Part shown: positions 15,901 through 31,900 of the stretch, in pieces
How the letters are laid out: each line of letters opens with the position of its first letter
Position numbering within the stretch: the stretch's first letter is position 1
DNA from: Eledone cirrhosa
Taxonomy: Eukaryota
Reading direction: 5' to 3'
Length of the DNA: 64,000 bases
Assembly: GCA_964016885.1 (NCBI GenBank)
Contig: OZ024752.1
Span: 27,590,001-27,654,000 of the forward strand
Position numbers and translations under genes: made by a program
Notes under the pieces: model-generated
Told to the model about the DNA's origin: nothing
What the model saw: the letters and a program-made list of their open reading frames with translations, nothing else
The model's database searches: none

Positions 15901-18099
15901 ACTGTGGAACTAGTACCAACTACGGCTATCAACACACAATCTGTGGAACTAGTACCAACTTCGGCTATCAACACACAAACTGTGGAACTAGTACCAACTT
16001 CGGCTATCAACACACAAACTGTGGAACTAGTACCAACTGCGGCTATCAACACACAAACTGTGGAACTAGTACCAACTGCGGCTATCAACACACAAACTGT
16101 GGAACTAGTACCAACTGCGGCTATCAACACACAAACTGTGGAACTAGTACCAACTTCGTCTATCAACACACAAACTGTGGAACTCGTACCAACTACGGCT
16201 ATCAACACACAATCTGTGGAACTAGTACCAACTTCGGCTATCAACACACAAACTGTGGAACTAGTACCAACTTCGGCTATCAACACACAAACTGTGGAAC
16301 TAGTACCAACTTAGGCTATCAACACACAAACTGTGGAACTAGTACCAACTACGGCTATCAACACACAAACTGTGGAACTAGTTCCAACTTCGGCTATCAA
16401 CACACAAACTGTGGAACTAGTACCAACAACGGCTATCAACACACAAACTGTGGAACTAGTACCAACTTCGGCTATCAACACACGAACTGTGGAACTAGTA
16501 CCAACTACGGCTATCAACACACAAACTGTGGAACTAGTTCCAACTTCGGCTATCAACACACAAACTGTGGAACTAGTACCAACTTCGGCTATCAACACAC
16601 AAACTGTGGAACTAGTACCAACTTCGGCTATCAACACACAAACTGTGGAACTAGTACCAACTACGGCTATCAACACACAAACTGTGGAACTAGTACCAAC
16701 TTCGGCTATCAACACACAAACTGTGGAACTAGTACCAACTACGGCTATCAACACACAAACTGTGGAACTAGTTCCAAGTTCGGCTATCAACACACAAACT
16801 GTGGAACTAGTAGCAACTTCGGCTATCAACACACAAATTGTGGAACTAGTACCAACTTCCGCTATCAACACACAAACTGTGGAACTAGTACCAACTTCGG
16901 CTATCAACACACAATCTGTGGAACTAGTACAAACTTCGGCTATCAACACACAAACTGTGGAACTAGTACCAACTTCGGCTATCAACACACAATCTGTGGA
17001 ACTAGTACCAACTTCGGCTATCAACACACAAACTGTGGAACTATTTCCAACTTCGGCTATCAACACACAATCTGTGGAACTAATACCAACTTCGGCTATC
17101 GACACACAAACTGTGGAACTAGTACCAACTTCGTCTATCAACACACAAACTGTGGAACTAGTACCAACTGCGGCTATCAACACACAAACTGTGGAACTAG
17201 TACCAACTTCGGCTATCAACACACAAACTGTGGAACTAGTACCAACTGCGGCTATCAACACACAAACTGTGGAACTAGTACCAACTTCGGCTATCAACAC
17301 ACAAACTGTGGAACTAGTACCAACTACGGCTATCAACACACAATCTGTGGAACTAGTACCAACTTCGGCTATCAACACACAAACTGTGGAACTAGTACCA
17401 ACTTCGGCTATCAACACACAAACTGTGGAACTAGTACCAACTGCGGCTATCAACACACAAACTGTGGAACTAGTACCAACTGCGGCTATCAACACACAAA
17501 CTGTGGAACTAGTACCAACTGCGGCTATCAACACACAAACTGTGGAACTAGTACCAACTTCGTCTATCAACACACAAACTGTGGAACTAGTACCAACTAC
17601 GGCTATCAACACACAATCTGTGGAACTAGTACCAACTTCGGCTATCAACACACAAACTGTGGAACTAGTACCAACTTCGGCTATCAACACACAAACTGTG
17701 GAACTAGTACCAACTTAGGCTATCAACACACAAACTGTGGAACTAGTACCAACTACGGCTATCAACACACAAACTGTGGAACTAGTTCCAACTTCGGCTA
17801 TCAACACACAAACTGTGGAACTAGTACCAACTACGGCTATCAACACACAAACTGTGGAACTAGTACCAACTTCGGCTATCAACACACGAACTGTGGAACT
17901 AGTACCAACTACGGCTATCAACACACAAACTGTGGAACTAGTTCCAACTTCGGCTATCAACACACAAACTGTGGAACTAGTACCAACTTCGGCTATCAAC
18001 ACACAAACTGTGGAACTAGTACCAACTTCGGCTATCAACACACAATCTGTGGAACTAGTACAAACTTCGGCTATCAACACACAATCTGTGGAACTAGTA

Positions 18100-21000
18100 C
18101 CAACTTCGGCTATCAACACACAATCTGTGGAACTATTTCCAACTTCGGCTATCAACACACAAACTGTGGAACTAGTATAAACTTCGGCTATCAACACACA
18201 AACTGTGGAACTAGTACCAACTTCGGCTATCAACACACAAACTGTGGAACTAGTACCAACTGCGGCTATCAACACACAATCTGTGGAACTAATACCAACT
18301 TCGGCTATCAACACACAAACTGTGGAACTAGTACCAACTTAGGCTATCAACACACAAACTGTGGAACTAGTACCAACTTCGGCTATCAACACACAAACTG
18401 TGGAACTAGTACCAACTTCGGCTATCAACACACCAACTGTCGAACTAGTACCAACTACGGCTATCAACACACCAACTGTGGAACTAGTACCAACTACGGC
18501 TATCAACACACAAACTGTGGAACTAGTACCAACTTCGTCTATCAACACACAAACTGTGGAACTAGTTCCAACTTCGTCTATCAACACACAAACTGTGGAA
18601 CTAGTACCAACTTCGTCTATCAACACACCAACTGTGGAACTAGTACCAACTACGGCTATCAACACACCAACTGTGGAACTAGTACCAACTACGGCTATCA
18701 ACACACCAACTGTGGAACTAGTACCAACTTCGGCTATCAACACACCAACTGTGGAACTAGTACCAACTTCGTCTATCAACACACCAACTGTGGAACTAGT
18801 ACCAACTTCGTCTATCAACACACAAACTGTGGAACTAGTACCAACTACGGCTATCAACACACCAACTGTGGAACTAGTACCAACTTCGTATATCAACACA
18901 CAAACTGTGGAACTAGTACCAACTACGGCTATCAACAAACAAACTGTGGAACTAGTACCAACTTCGGCTATCAACACACAAACTGTGGAACTAGTACCAA
19001 CTGCGGCTATCAACACACAAGCTGTGGAACTAATACCAACTTCGGCTATCAACACACAAACTGTGGAACTAGTACCAACTTCCGCTATCAACACACAAAC
19101 TGTGGAACTAGTACCAACTACGGCTATCAACACACAAACTGTGGAACTAGTTCCAACTTCGGCTATCAACACACAAACTGTGGAACTAGTACCAACTTCG
19201 GCTATCAACACACAAACTGTGGAACTAGTACCAACTTCGGCTATCAACACACAAACTGTGGAACTAGTATAAACTTCGTCTATCAACACACAAACTGTGG
19301 AACTAGTACCAACTTCGGCTATCAACACACAAACTGTGGAACTAGTATAAACTTCGGCTATCAACACACAAACTGTGGAACTAGTACCAACTTCGGCTAT
19401 CAACACACAAACTGTGGAACTAGTACCAACTTCTTCTATCAACACACAAATTGTGGAACTAGTACCAACTTCGTGTATCAACACAGAAACTGTGGAACTA
19501 GTACCGACTTCGGCTATCAACACACAAACTGTGGAACTAGTATAAACTTCGTCTATCAACACACAAACTGTGGAACTAGTACCAACTTCGGCTATCAACA
19601 CACAAACTGTGGAACTAGTATAAACTTCGTCTATCAACACACAAACTGTGGAACTAGTACCAACTTCGGCTATCAACACACAAACTGTGGAACTAGTATA
19701 AACTTCGGCTATCAACACACAAACTGTGGAACTAGTACCAACTTCGGCTATCAACACACAAACTGTGGAACTAGTACAAACTTCGGCTGTCAACACACAA
19801 ATTGTAGAACTAGTACCAACTTCGGCTATCAACACAGAAACTGTGGAACTAGTACCAACTTCGTCTATCAACACACAAACTGTGGAACTAGTACCAACTT
19901 CGTCTATCAACACACAAACTGTGGAACTAGTACCAACTTCTTCTATCAACACACAAATTGTGGAACTAGTACCAACTTCGTGTATCAACACAGAAACTGT
20001 GGAACTAGTACCGACTTCGGCTATCAACACACAAACTGTGGAACTAGTACCGACTTCGACTATCAACACACAAACTGTGGAACTAGTACCAACTTCTTCT
20101 ATCAACACACACACTGTGGAACTAGTACCAACTTCGACTATCAACACACAAACTGAGGAACTAGTACCAACTTCGGCTATCAACACACAAACTGTGGAAC
20201 TAGTACCAACTACGGCTATCAACACACAATCTGTGGAACTAGTACCAACTTCGGCTATCAACACACAAACTGTGGAACTAGTACCAACTTCGGCTATCAA
20301 CACACAAACTGTGGAACTAGTACCAACTGCGGCTATCAACACACAAACTGTGGAACTAGTACCAACTGCGGCTATCAACACACAAACTGTGGAACTAGTA
20401 CCAACTGCGGCTATCAACACACAAACTGTGGAACTAGTACCAACTTCGTCTATCAACACACAAACTGGGGAACTAGTACCAACTACGGCTATCAACACAC
20501 AATCTGTGGAACTAGTACCAACTTCGGCTATCAACACACAAACTGTGGAACTAGTACCAACTTCGGCTATCAACACACAAACTGTGGAACTAGTACCAAC
20601 TTAGGCTATCAACACACAAACTGTGGAACTAGTACCAACTACGGCTATCAACACACAAACTGTGGAACTAGTTCCAACTTCGGCTATCAACACACAAACT
20701 GTGGAACTAGTACCAACTACGGCTATCAACACACAAACTGTGGAACTAGTACCAACTTCGGCTATCAACACACGAACTGTGGAACTAGTACCAACTACGG
20801 CTATCAACACACAAACTGTGGAACCAGTTCCAACTTCGGCTATCAACACACAAACTGTGGAACTAGTACCAACTTCGGCTATCAACACACAAACTGTGGA
20901 ACTAGTACCAACTTCGGCTATCAACACACAATCTGTGGAACTAGTACCAACTTCGGCTATCAACACACAAACTGTGGAACTAGTACCAACTACGGCTTTC

Positions 21001-24000
21001 AACACACAAACTGTGGAACTAGTACCAACTTCGGCTATCAACACACAAACTGTGGAACTAGTACCAACTACGGCTATCAACACACAAACTGTGGAACTAG
21101 TACCAACTTCGGCTATCAACACACAAACTGTGGAACTAGTACCAACTACGGCTATCAACACACAAACTGTGGAACTAGTTCCAAGTTCGGCTATCAACAC
21201 ACAAACTGTGGAACTAGTAGCAACTTCGGCTATCAACACACAAATTGTGGAACTAGTACCAACTTCCGCTATCAACACACAAACTGTGGAACTAGTACCA
21301 ACTTCGGCTATCAACACACAATCTGTGGAACTAGTACAAACTTCGGCTATCAACACACAAACTGTGGAACTAGTACCAACTTCGGCTATCAACACACAAT
21401 CTGTGGAACTAGTACCAACTTCGGCTATCAACACACAAACTGTGGAACTATTTCCAACTTCGGCTATCAACACACAAACTGTGGAACTAGTATAAACTTC
21501 GGCTATCAACACACAAACTGTGGAACTAGTACCAACTTCGGCTATCAACACACAAACTGTGGAACTAGTACCAACTGCGGCTATCAACACACAATCTGTG
21601 GAACTAATACCAACTTCGGCTATCAACACACAAACTGTGGAACTAGTACCAACTTAGGCTATCAACACACAAACTGTGGAACTAGTACCAACTTCGGCTA
21701 TCAACACACAAACTGTGGAACTAGTACCAACTTCGGCTATCAACACACCAACTGTCGAACTAGTACCAACTACGGCTATCAACACACCAACTGTGGAACT
21801 AGTACCAACTACGGCTATCAACACACAAACTGTGGAACTAGTACCAACTTCGTCTATCAACACACAAACTGTGGAACTAGTTCCAACTTCGTCTATCAAC
21901 ACACAAACTGTGGAACTAGTACCAACTTCGTCTATCAACACACCAACTGTGGAACTAGTACCAACTACGGCTATCAACACACCAACTGTGGAACTAGTAC
22001 CAACTACGGCTATCAACACACCAACTGTGGAACTAGTACCAACTTCGGCTATCAACACACCAACTGTGGAACTAGTACCAACTTCGTCTATCAACACACC
22101 AACTGTGGAACTAGTACCAACTTCGTCTATCAACACACAAACTGTGGAACTAGTACCAACTACGGCTATCAACACACCAACTGTGGAACTAGTACCAACT
22201 TCGTATATCAACACACAAACTGTGGAACTAGTACCAACTACGGCTATCAACAAACAAACTGTGGAACTAGTACCAACTTCGGCTATCAACACACAAACTG
22301 TGGAACTAGTACCAACTGCGGCTATCAACACACAAGCTGTGGAACTAATACCAACTTCGGCTATCAACACACAAACTGTGGAACTAGTACCAACTTCCGC
22401 TATCAACACACAAACTGTGGAACTAGTACCAACTACGGCTATCAACACACAAACTGTGGAACTAGTTCCAACTTCGGCTATCAACACACAAACTGTGGAA
22501 CTAGTACCAACTTCGGCTATCAACACACAAACTGTGGAACTAGTACCAACTTCGGCTATCAACACACAAACTGTGGAACTAGTATAAACTTCGTCTATCA
22601 ACACACAAACTGTGGAACTAGTACCAACTTCGGCTATCAACACACAAACTGTGGAACTAGTATAAACTTCGGCTATCAACACACAAACTGTGGAACTAGT
22701 ACCAACTTCGGCTATCAACACACAAACTGTGGAACTAGTACCAACTTCTTCTATCAACACACAAATTGTGGAACTAGTACCAACTTCGTGTATCAACACA
22801 GAAACTGTGGAACTAGTACCGACTTCGGCTATCAACACACAAACTGTGGAACTAGTATAAACTTCGTCTATCAACACACAAACTGTGGAACTAGTACCAA
22901 CTTCGGCTATCAACACACAAACTGTGGAACTAGTATAAACTTCGTCTATCAACACACAAACTGTGGAACTAGTACCAACTTCGGCTATCAACACACAAAC
23001 TGTGGAACTAGTATAAACTTCGGCTATCAACACACAAACTGTGGAACTAGTACCAACTTCGGCTATCAACACACAAACTGTGGAACTAGTACAAACTTCG
23101 GCTGTCAACACACAAATTGTAGAACTAGTACCAACTTCGGCTATCAACACAGAAACTGTGGAACTAGTACCAACTTCGTCTATCAACACACAAACTGTGG
23201 AACTAGTACCAACTTCGTCTATCAACACACAAACTGTGGAACTAGTACCAACTTCTTCTATCAACACACAAATTGTGGAACTAGTACCAACTTCGTGTAT
23301 CAACACTGAAACTGTGGAACTAGTACCGACTTCGGCTATCAACACACAAACTGTGGAACTAGTACCGACTTCGACTATCAACACACAAACTGTGGAACTA
23401 GTACCAACTTCTTCTATCAACACACACACTGTGGAACTAGTACCAACTTCGACTATCAACACACAAACTGAGGAACTAGTACCAACTTCGGCTATCAACA
23501 CACAATCTCTGGAACTAGTACCAGCTTCGTCTATCAACACACAAACCGTGGAACTAGTACACACTTCGTGTATCAACACACAAACTGTGAAACTAGTACC
23601 AACTTCGGCTATCAACACACAAACTGTGGAACTAGTACCAACTACGGCTATCAACACACAAACTGTGGAACTAGTACCAACTTCGTCTATCAACACACAA
23701 ACTGTGGAACTAGTACCAAATTCGGCTATCAACACACAAACTGTGGAACTAGTACAAACTTCGGCTGTCAACACACAAATTGTGGAACCAGTACCAACTT
23801 CGTGTATCAACACAGAAACTGTGGAACTAGTACCAACTTCGTCTATCAACACACAAACTGTGGAACTAGTACCAACTTCGTCTATCAACACACAAACTGT
23901 GGAACTAGTACCAACTTCTTCTATCAACACACAAATTGTGGAACCAGTACCAACTTCGTGTATCAACACAGAAACTGTGGAACTAGTACCTACTTCGTCT

Positions 24001-25900
24001 ATCAACACACAAACTGTGGAACTAGTATCAACTTCGTCTATCAACACACAAACTGTGGAACTAGTACCAACTTCTTCTATCAACACACAAATTGTGGAAC
24101 CAGTACCAACTTCGTGTATCAACACAGAAACTGTGGAACTAGTACCAACTTCGTCTATCAACACACAAACTGTGGAACTAGTACCAACTTCGTCTATCAA
24201 CACACAAACTGTGGAACTAGTACAAACTTCGGCTATCAACACACAAACTGTGGAACTAGTACAGACTTCGTCTATCAACACACAAACTGTGGAACTAGTA
24301 CCGACTTCGGCTATCAACACACAATCTGTGGAACTAGAACCAACTTCGACTATCAACACACAAACTGTGGAACTAGTACCAACTTCTTCTATCAACACAC
24401 AAACTGTGGAACTAGTACCAACTTCGACTATCAACACACAATCTGTGGAACTAGTACCAACTTCGTCTATCAACACACAAACTGTGCAACTAGTACCAAC
24501 TTCTTCTATCAACACACAAACTGTGCAACTAGTTCCAACTTCGGCTATCAACACACAAACTGTGGAACTAGTACCAACTTCTTCTATCAACACACAAACT
24601 GTGCAACTAGTACCAACTTCGGCTATCAACACACAAACTGTGGACCTAGTACCAACTTCGTCTATCAACACACAAACTGTGGAACTAGTACCAGCTTCGG
24701 CTATCAACAGACAAATTGTAGAACTAGTACCAACTTCGTCTATCAACACACAAACTGTGGAACTAGTACCAACTACGGCTATCAACACACAATCTGTGGA
24801 ACTAGTATCAACTTCGGCTATCAACACACAATCTGTGGAACTAGTAGCAACTTCGGCTATCAACATACAAACTGTGGAACTAGTACAAACTTCGGCTATC
24901 ACACACAAACTGTGGAACTAGTACCAGCTTCGGCTATCAACACACAAACTGTGGAACTAGTACCAACTTCTTCTATCAACACACAAACTGTGCAACTAGT
25001 ACCAACTTCAGCTATCAACACACAAACTGTGGACCTAGTACCAACTTCGTCTATCAACACACAAACTGTGGAACTAGTACCAGCTTCGGCTATCAACAGA
25101 CAAACTGTGGAACTAGTACCAAATTCGGCTATCAACACACAAACTGTGGAACTAGTACCAACTTCTTTATCAACACACAAACTGTGCAACTAGTACCAAC
25201 TTCGGTTATCAACACACAAACTGAGGAACTAGTACCAACTACAGCTATCAACACACAATCTCTGGAACTAGTACCAGCTTCGTCTATCAACACACAAACC
25301 GTGGAACTAGTACACACTTCGTGTATCAACACACAAACTGTGGAACTAGTACCAACTTCGGCTATCAACACACAAACTGTGGAACTAGTACCAACTTCTT
25401 CTATCAACACACAAACTGTGCAACTAGTACCAACTTCGGCTATCAACACACAAACTGTGGACCTAGTACCAACTTCGTCTATCAACACACAAACTGTGGA
25501 ACTAGTACCAACTTCGGCTATCAACACACAATCTGTGGAACTAGTACAAACTTCGGCTATCAACACACAAACTGTGGAACTAGTACCAACTTCGGCTATC
25601 AACACACAAACTGTGGAACTAGTACCAACTGCGGCTATCAACACACAATCTCTGGAACTAATACCAACTTCGGCTATCAACACACAAACTGTGGAACTAG
25701 TACCAACTTCGTCTATCAACACACAAACTGTGGAACTAGTACCAACTGCGGCTATCAACACACAAACTGTGGAACTAGTACCAACTTCGGCTATCAACAC
25801 ACAAACTGTGGAACTAGTACCAACTGCGGCTATCAACACACAAACTGTGGAACTAGTACCAACTTCGTCTATCAACACACAAACTGTGGAACTAGTACCA
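18100..25900. repeat. Long segmental copy of about 5.4-13.1 kb (offset 12,710-12,749 bp)
   Basis: ORF pairs 5651/18361 and 12189/24899 (offset 12710); 6977/19726, 7874/20623, 8927/21676, 10292/23041 and 10819/23568 (offset 12749 = 327 x 39 - 4). Confidence 0.88.
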
Positions 25901-28900
25901 ACTACGGCTATCAACACACAATCTGTGGAACTAGTACCAACTTCGGCTATCAACACACAAACTGTGGAACTAGTACCAACTTCGGCTATCAACACACAAA
26001 CTGTGGAACTAGTACCAACTGCGGCTATCAACACACAAACTGTGGAACTAGTACCAACTGCGGCTATCAACACACAAACTGTGGAACTAGTACCAACTGC
26101 GGCTATCAACACACAAACTGTGGAACTAGTACCAACTTCGTCTATCAACACACAAACTGTGGAACTAGTACCAACTACGGCTATCAACACACAATCTGTG
26201 GAACTAGTACCAACTTCGGCTATCAACACACAAACTGTGGAACTAGTACCAACTTCGGCTATCAACACACAAACTGTGGAACTAGTACCAACTTAGGCTA
26301 TCAACACACAAACTGTGGAACTAGTACCAACTACGGCTATCAACACACAAACTGTGGAACTAGTTCCAACTTCGGCTATCAACACACAAACTGTGGAACT
26401 AGTACCAACTACGGCTATCAACACACAAACTGTGGAACTAGTACCAACTTCGGCTATCAACACACGAACTGTGGAACTAGTACCAACTACGGCTATCAAC
26501 ACACAAACTGTGGAACTAGTTCCAACTTCGGCTATCAACACACAAACTGTGGAACTAGTACCAACTTCGGCTATCAACACACAAACTGTGGAACTAGTAC
26601 CAACTTCGGCTATCAACACACAAACTGTGGAACTAGTACCAACTTCGGCTATCAACACACAAACTGTGGAACTAGTACCAACTACGGCTTTCAACACACA
26701 AACTGTGGAACTAGTACCAACTTCGGCTATCAACACACAAACTGTGGAACTAGTACCAACTACGGCTATCAACACACAAACTGTGGAACTAGTACCAACT
26801 TCGGCTATCAACACACAAACTGTGGAACTAGTACCAACTACGGCTATCAACACACAAACTGTGGAACTAGTTCCAAGTTCGGCTATCAACACACAAACTG
26901 TGGAACTAGTAGCAACTTCGGCTATCAACACACAAATTGTGGAACTAGTACCAACTTCCGCTATCAACACACAAACTGTGGAACTAGTACCAACTTCGGC
27001 TATCAACACACAATCTGTGGAACTAGTACAAACTTCGGCTATCAACACACAAACTGTGGAACTAGTACCAACTTCGGCTATCAACACACAATCTGTGGAA
27101 CTAGTACCAACTTCGGCTATCAACACACAAACTGTGGAACTATTTCCAACTTCGGCTATCAACACACAAACTGTGGAACTAGTATAAACCTCGGCTATCA
27201 ACACACAAACTGTGGAACTAGTACCAACTTCGGCTATCAACACACAAACTGTGGAACTAGTACCAACTGCGGCTATCAACACACAATCTGTGGAACTAAT
27301 ACCAACTTCGGCTATCAACACACAAACTGTGGAACTAGTACCAACTTCGGCTATCAACACACAAACTGTGGAACTAGTACCAACTTCGGCTATCAACACA
27401 CAAACTGTGGAACTAGTACCAACTTCGGCTATCAACACACCAACTGTCGAACTAGTACCAACTACGGCTATCAACACACCAACTGTGGAACTAGTACCAA
27501 CTACGGCTATCAACACACAAACTGTGGAACTAGTACCAACTTCGTCAATCAACACACAAACTGTGGAACTAGTACCAACTTCGTCTATCAACACACAAAC
27601 TGTGGAACTAGTTCCAACTTCGTCTATCAACACACAAACTGTGGAACTAGTACCAACTTCGTCTATCAACACACCAACTGTGGAACTAGTACCAACTACG
27701 GCTATCAACACACCAACTGTGGAACTAGTACCAACTACGGCTATCAACACACCAACTGTGGAACTAGTACCAACTTCGGCTATCAACACACCAACTGTGG
27801 AACTAGTACCAACTTCGTCTATCAACACACCAACTGTGGAACTAGTACCAACTTCGTCTATCAACACACAAACTGTGGAACTAGTACCAACTACGGCTAT
27901 CAACACACCAACTGTGGAACTAGTACCAACTTCGTATATCAACACACAAACTGTGGAACTAGTACCAACTACGGCTATCAACAAACAAAATGTGGAACTA
28001 GTACCAACTTCGGCTATCAACACACAAACTGTGGAACTAGTACCAACTGCGGCTATCAACACACAATCTGTGGAACTAATACCAACTTCGGCTATCAACA
28101 CACAGACTGTGGAACTAGTACCAACTTCCGCTATCAACACACAAACTGTGGAACTAGTACCAACTACGGTTATCAACACACAAACTGTGGAACTAGTTCC
28201 AACTTCGGCTATCAACACACAAACTGTGGAACTAGTACCAACTTCGGCTATCAACACACAAACTGTGGAACTAGTACCAACTTCGGCTATCAACACACAA
28301 ACTGTGGAACTAGTATAAACTTCGTCTATCAACACACAAACTGTGGAACTAGTACCAACTTCGGCTATCAACACACAAACTGTGGAACTAGTATAAACTT
28401 CGGCTATCAACACACAAACTGTGGAACTAGTACCAACTTCGGCTATCAACACACAAACTGTGGAACTAGTACCAACTTCGGCTATCAACACACAAACTGT
28501 GGAACTAGTACCAACTTCGGCTATCAACACACAAACTGTGGAACTAGTATAAACTTCGGCTATCAACACACAAACTGTGGAACTAGTACCAACTTCGGCT
28601 ATCAACACACAAACTGTGGAACTAGTATAAACTTCGGCTATCAACACACAAACTGTGGAACTAGTACCAACTTCGGCTATCAACACACAAACTGTGGAAC
28701 TAGTACCAACTGCGGCTATCAACACACAATCTGTGGAACTAGTACCAACTTCGGCTATCAACACACAAACTGTGGAACTAGTACCAACTTCGGCTATCAA
28801 CACACAAACTGTGGAACTAGTACCAACTTCGGCTATCAACACACAAACTGTGGAACTAGTACCAACTTCGGCTATCAACACACCAACTGTCGAACTAGTA

Positions 28901-31900
28901 CCAACTACGGCTATCAACACACCAACTGTGGAACTAGTACCAACTACGGCTATCAACACACAAACTGTGGAACTAGTTCCAACTTCGTCTATCAACACAC
29001 AAACTGTGGAACTAGTACCAACTTCGGCTATCAACACACAAACTGTGGAACTAGTACCAACTGCGGCTATCAACACACAATCTGTGGAACTAGTACCAAC
29101 TACGGCTATCAACACACAAACTGTGGAACTAGTACCAACTTCGACTATCAACACACAAACTGTGGAACTAGTACCAACTTCGGCTATCAACACACAAACT
29201 GTGGAACTAGTACCAACTTCGGCTATCAACACACCAACTGTCGAACTAGTACCAACTACGGCTATCAACACACCAACTGTGGAACTAGTACCAACTACGG
29301 CTATCAACACACAAACTGTGGAACTAGTTCCAACTTCGTCTATCAACACACAAACTGTGGAACTAGTTCCAACTTCGTCTATCAACACACAAACTTTGGA
29401 ACTAGTACCAACTTCGTCTATCAACACACCAACTGTGGAACTAGTACCAACTACGGCTATCAACACACCAACTGTGGAACTAGTACCAACTACGGCTATC
29501 AACACACCAACTGTGGAACTAGTACCAACTTCGGCTATCAACACACCAACTGTGGAACTAGTACCAACTTCGTCTATCAACACACCAACTGTGGAACTAG
29601 TACCAACTTCGTCTATCAACACACAAACTGTGGAACTAGTACCAACTACGGCTATCAACACACCAACTGTGGAACTAGTACCAACTTCGTATATCAACAC
29701 ACAAACTGTGGAACTAGTACCAACTACGGCTATCAACACACAAACTGTGGAACTAGTACCAACTTCGGCTATCAACACACAAACTGTGGAACTAGTACCA
29801 ACTTCGGCTATCAACACACAAACTGTGGAACTAGTACCAACTTCGGCTATCAACACACAAACTGTGGAACTAGTACCAACTTCGGCTATCAACACACAAA
29901 CTGTGGAACTAGTACCAACTACGGCTATCAACACACAAACTGTGGAACTAGTACCAACTTCGGCTATCAACACACAAACTGTGGAACTAGTACCAACTTC
30001 GGCTATCAACACACAAACTGTGGAACTAGTACCAACTACGGCTATCAACACACAAACTGTGGAACTAGTACCAACTTCGGCTATCAACACACAAACTGTG
30101 GAACTAGTACCAACTTCGGCTATCAACACACAAACTGTAGAACTAGTACCAACTGCGGCTATCAACACACAATCTGTGGAACTAATACCAACTTCGGCTA
30201 TCAACACACAAACTGTGGAACAAGTACCTACTTCGGCTATCAACACACAAACTGTGGAACTAGTACCAACTGCGGCTATCAACACACAATCTGTGGAACT
30301 AATACCAACTTCGGCTATCAACACACAAACTGTGGAACTAGTACCAACTTCGGCTATCAACACACAAACTGTGGAACTAGTACCAACTTCGGCTATCAAC
30401 ACACAAACTGTGGAACTAGTACCAACTTCGGCTATCAACACACAAACTGTGGAACTAGTACCAACTTCGGCTATCAACACACAAACTGTGGAACTAGTAC
30501 CAACTGCGGCTATCAACACACAATCTGTGGAACTAATACCAACTTCGGCTATCAACACACAAACTGTGGAACTAGTACCAACTTCGGCTATCAACACACA
30601 AACTGTGGAACTAGTACCAACTTCGGCTATCAACACACAAACTGTGGAACTAGTACCAACTTCGGCTATCAACACACAAACTGTGGAACTAGTACCAACT
30701 ACGGCTATCAACACACAAACTGTGGAACTAGTACCAGCTTCGGCTATCAACACACAAACTGTGGAACTAGTACCAACTTCGGCTATCAACACACAAACTG
30801 TGGAACTAGTACCAACTGCGGCTATCAACACACAATCTGTGGAACTAATACCAACTTCGGCTATCAACACACAAACTGTGGAACTAGTACCAACTTCGGC
30901 TATCAACACAAAAACTGTGGAACTAGTACCAACTTCGGCTATCAACACACAATCTGTGGAACTAGTACCAACTGCGGCTATCAACACACAATCTGTGGAA
31001 CTAATACCAACTTCGGCTATCAACACACAAACTGTGGAACTAGTACCAACTGCGGCTATCAACACACAAACTGTGGAACTAGTACCAACTTCGGCTATCA
31101 ACACACAAACTGTGGAACTAGTACCAACTGCGGCTATCAACACACAATCTGTGGAACTAATACCAACTTCGGCTATCAACACACAAACTGTGGAACTAGT
31201 AACAACTTCGGCTATCAACACACAAACTGTGGAACTAGTACCAACTTCGGCTATCAACACACAAACTGTGGAACTAGTACCAACTGCGGCTATCAACACA
31301 CAATCTGTGGAACTAATACCAACTTCGGCTATCAACACACAAACTGTGGAACTAGTACCAACTTCGGCTATCAACACAAAAACTGTGGAACTAGTACCAA
31401 CTTCGGCTATCAACACACAATCTGTGGAACTAGTACCAACTGCGGCTATCAACACACAATCTGTGGAACTAATACCAACTTCGGCTATCAACACACAAAC
31501 TGTGGATCTAGTACCAACTGCGGCTATCAACACACAATCTGTGGAACTAATACCAACTTCGGCTATCAACACACAAACTGTGGAACTAGTACCAACTGCG
31601 GCTATCAACACACAAACTGTGGAACTAATACCAACTTCGGCTATCAACACACAAACTGTGGAACTAGTACCAACTGCGGCTATCAACACACGATCTGTGG
31701 AACTAATACCAACTGCGGCTATCAACACACAATCTGTGGAACTAATACCAACTTCGGCTATCAACACACAATCTGTGGAACTAGTACCAACTGCGGCTAT
31801 CAATACACAATCTGTGGAACTAATACCAACTGCGGCTATCAACACACAATCTGTGGAACTAATACCAACTTCGGCTATCAACACACAAACTGTGGAACTA

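Larger units (their letters stand above)
1..28630. repeat. Left array domain (variant subfamily L)
   Basis: Diagnostic variants seen only or mostly here: ACTTAGGCT (about 12 copies, 990 to 26296), AGTATAAAC (about 5464 to 28630), ACTGAGG, CACAGAAAC, GGACCTAGT, TTCGTGTAT, and the paired 1-bp deletions. The boundary is approximate. Confidence 0.85.
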
